Assembly (NCBI GenBank): GCA_013239625.1 | Contig: MU053933.1 | Coordinates: 1,118,001 to 1,182,000 of the forward strand | Direction of reading: 5' to 3' | DNA from: Lama guanicoe | Taxonomy: Eukaryota | DNA: 64,000 bases | Part shown: in pieces, positions 61,803-64,000 of the stretch | How positions within the stretch are numbered: position 1 is the first letter of the stretch | How the letters are laid out: every line of letters begins with the position of its first letter | Program-made: the position numbers and the translations under genes | Notes under the pieces: model-generated | What the model was told of the DNA's origin: nothing | The model's input: only the letters and a program-made list of their open reading frames with translations | The model's database searches: none

Positions 61803-61960
61803 TCAGGGCTGGGCCCCGGCCCCCACGCCTCTGGGCTCTGAGGTGCTTCCTGACTTTGTCTTCTGGTTCCGCTCACGGGTGGCCACGAAGTTCAGCAGGT
61901 CAATGGCACTGACGACCCCGAACACCATCTGCCTCTTACTGGCCTCCCAGTGGCTGTGGT
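61803..61960 (-). CDS. CBS: CBS last exon: (Y)[51 protein letters not shown]
   Basis: Acceptor ccctcctcag. [17 protein letters not shown] matches the CBS C-terminal Bateman (CBS2) domain. Confidence 0.95.
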
Positions 61961-62374
61961 CTGAGGAGGGACAAGGCCACCGGTTTAGGGGGAACTCCGC
62001 CCGGGCAGGTCTGAGGCAGCCGCGCCCACCCCCAGGCACCGTCAGGGACCAACCCCACCTGCTGCCCTGAGCCCAAGTGTCCCAGGGCGGCACCCAAGGC
62101 AGCCCAGTGACAAGGCCCATCTCCCCCGACGCGAGCCAAGCGGGCTGAGCCGCGGAGAGCAGAGTGCTGACTCCTCCGAGCCGTGCCCCCGGGGCTGCCT
62201 GAGCGGTGCGTGGTCTCCCTCGGTGCCCCGGGCTCGAGTCCCAGCACTGCTCACACCCACCGCCAGCAGCTGGCGTCTCTGCCCACAGTACCGTCTGCAA
62301 ACCCACGCCTTTCCCTCAGACTTAGAATGAATGCCCCTGGTCTCCCCCCGCCAGCCACCAAGGGCAGAGAGGGT

Positions 62375-62746
62375 GGTTGAGATGGTTAATTTTCCATTTC
62401 AACTTGACTGGACCCCGAGTGCCCTGAGAGGCGGTCAGACACCATCCTGGGTGTCTCCAGATGGTATCAGTGCCTGGTTGGAGGGACCGAGTAACACAGA
62501 TGCCCTCCTCAGGGGAGGGCCGTCCAATCCGTCGAAGGCTGGAACAGAACAAAAAGGCACAGCCTCCAAGAGTAAGAAGGGACCGGTCCTGCCTTCGGGC
62601 TCGGGAGGGAACGCCGACTCCTGCCTGGGCTCGAGCCCGCCCAGTCGCGTACAGATCTTGGGACTTCCCAGCCTATCAGCCAGTTAAGCAAATCTCTCTC
62701 CACACATCCTGTTGGTTCTGTTTCCTGAGGGAATCTGGACTGAGAC
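62375..62746 (+). mobile_element. MLT2 (ERVL) LTR
   Basis: gatggttaattttccatttcaacttgactgg...catcctgttggttctgtttc...ggactgagaca. Confidence 0.75.
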
Positions 62747-63031
62747 AGTGTCATGGAGCACACAGAGGGCCGGCAGAGCTGAGCACGGGTGGGAGACGCC
62801 CAGGTCCCATCCCATTCACCAGCCCCACATCCCTGTCTGTCCCCCATGCCTTTGAGGCAGAGGTCGCACAGGGTTGGGGTGGGGGAGGCACAGAGGGGCC
62901 TGGCATCCCACTGGCCTGCTTGGAGCACCTCAGGAACTTTTGGGCAAAGGGGAACTTTGGAGAAGCTGTGCGCCCCCCAGGAGGGGGCGATCTGAGGGGC
63001 CTCCAGGCCCCCCAGGGGACACCATCCAGAG

Positions 63032-63170
63032 CAGGGTTGGCAAACTTTCTGTAAAGGGCTGTGTGCTCTGTAACGACCACTCAGCTCTGCCCACACAGCA
63101 CAGAAGCAGCTGTGGACCTGTTTTCAGGCATGGCTGTGTCCAAGGAAACCTCAGTTACAGACCTGACTCT
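63032..63170 (+). mobile_element. MER58A-like MITE fragment
   Basis: cagggttggcaaactttctgtaaagggc...accactcagctctgcc...catggctgtgtcca. Confidence 0.7.
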
Positions 63171-63323
63171 GGAACCCAGATCGGGGTGTGTGGATGTTGA
63201 GACATGAGCTGACGTGACATTAAGGGGAGGGAGCTCCCAGCCCGGCTCGGGACCCAGGGCCTGGACACCCTCCTTTGCGGTCGGGGGCTGCGATGCTGAG
63301 CACAGCCAAGCGGGGGTACGTAC

Positions 63324-63365
63324 CTGCTGGCCCCCCCACCACTCCTGACAAGGCCAGGTCCTGCA
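63324..63365 (-). CDS. CBS: CBS 42-nt alternative cassette exon: LQDLALSGVVGGPA(D)
   Basis: ctccacag / gtacgt boundaries, phase 1-1. Resembles the 14-aa insert of human isoform 2 and rodent CBS (S(Q/R)DQAW(A/S)GVVGGP), from recall. Confidence 0.85.
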
Positions 63366-63680
63366 CTGTGGAGCCAAGGACGGGAGAGGGGTTAGACGGG
63401 GCACCTGGGCCCCAGGACCAGCCTTGGCAGCAGAGCGGTCAGGCTCCAAGGCCCTCCCAATTCTTGTGATTTCTACAGCCCTTGTCCTCGCCCAGAACCA
63501 GGACACCCCCGGCCTCTGGAGACACAGCGAGGAGGCCCGGGAAGGGCCCTGGGAGCAGGTTATCAGCCCCACGAGCTTGTTGGGGGCAGGCACCCAGGTG
63601 GACCCCTCTGGGATCTGCACCCAAGGCTGGGGGTGGCTGACGATCAGCACCTCGGACTCCCCAGACTCCCTGTGAGCTCA

Positions 63681-63869
<189 letters not shown>

Positions 63870-64000
63870 TCAGCACTCACCAGCCAGCCCAGCCCGGCCC
63901 AGCCCGGCCGGAGCCTGAGGCCTGCTGTCCCTGTGGTCCCCGCCTGCCAGCCCTCCGAGGAACGGAGCACCAGGCAACAGGAGAGGCTGCCTCCCTCCAG

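Overview
Mammalian genomic DNA, very probably a camelid: it carries tRNA-derived Vic-1-like SINEs and no Alu, B1 or BovA elements that I could recognise. The gene order matches human 21q22.3. The + strand holds essentially the whole PKNOX1 (PREP1) TALE homeobox gene: a CpG-island promoter, a non-coding exon 1 ending at 9237, ten coding exons from 23774 to 47555, and a ~2.9 kb 3'UTR ending near ATTAAA at 50488. The 3' half of exon 10 is lost in a 138-N gap. The - strand holds the convergent 3' end of CBS (cystathionine beta-synthase): an 85-nt exon, a 42-nt cassette exon and the last exon. The rest is interspersed repeats (L1, L2, MLT LTRs, an ERV-type solo LTR, MER20, MER45A, MER58, Charlie1, Tigger1, SINEs) and microsatellites. 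Most entries in the ORF track are spurious. The most notable observations are: (i) a PREP1-PBX decamer with a CCAAT box and a PBX octamer straddling PKNOX1's own first splice donor, suggesting autoregulation; (ii) three stop/start-overlapping uORFs ending 2 nt before the PKNOX1 start; (iii) an L1 insertion with a 3' transduction and a perfect 15-bp TSD; (iv) an intact CBS cassette exon and an extended CBS C-terminus; (v) an intragenic CpG island around exon 10. I found no wholly new gene or system. Repeat family names and ortholog comparisons come from recall, not database searches.
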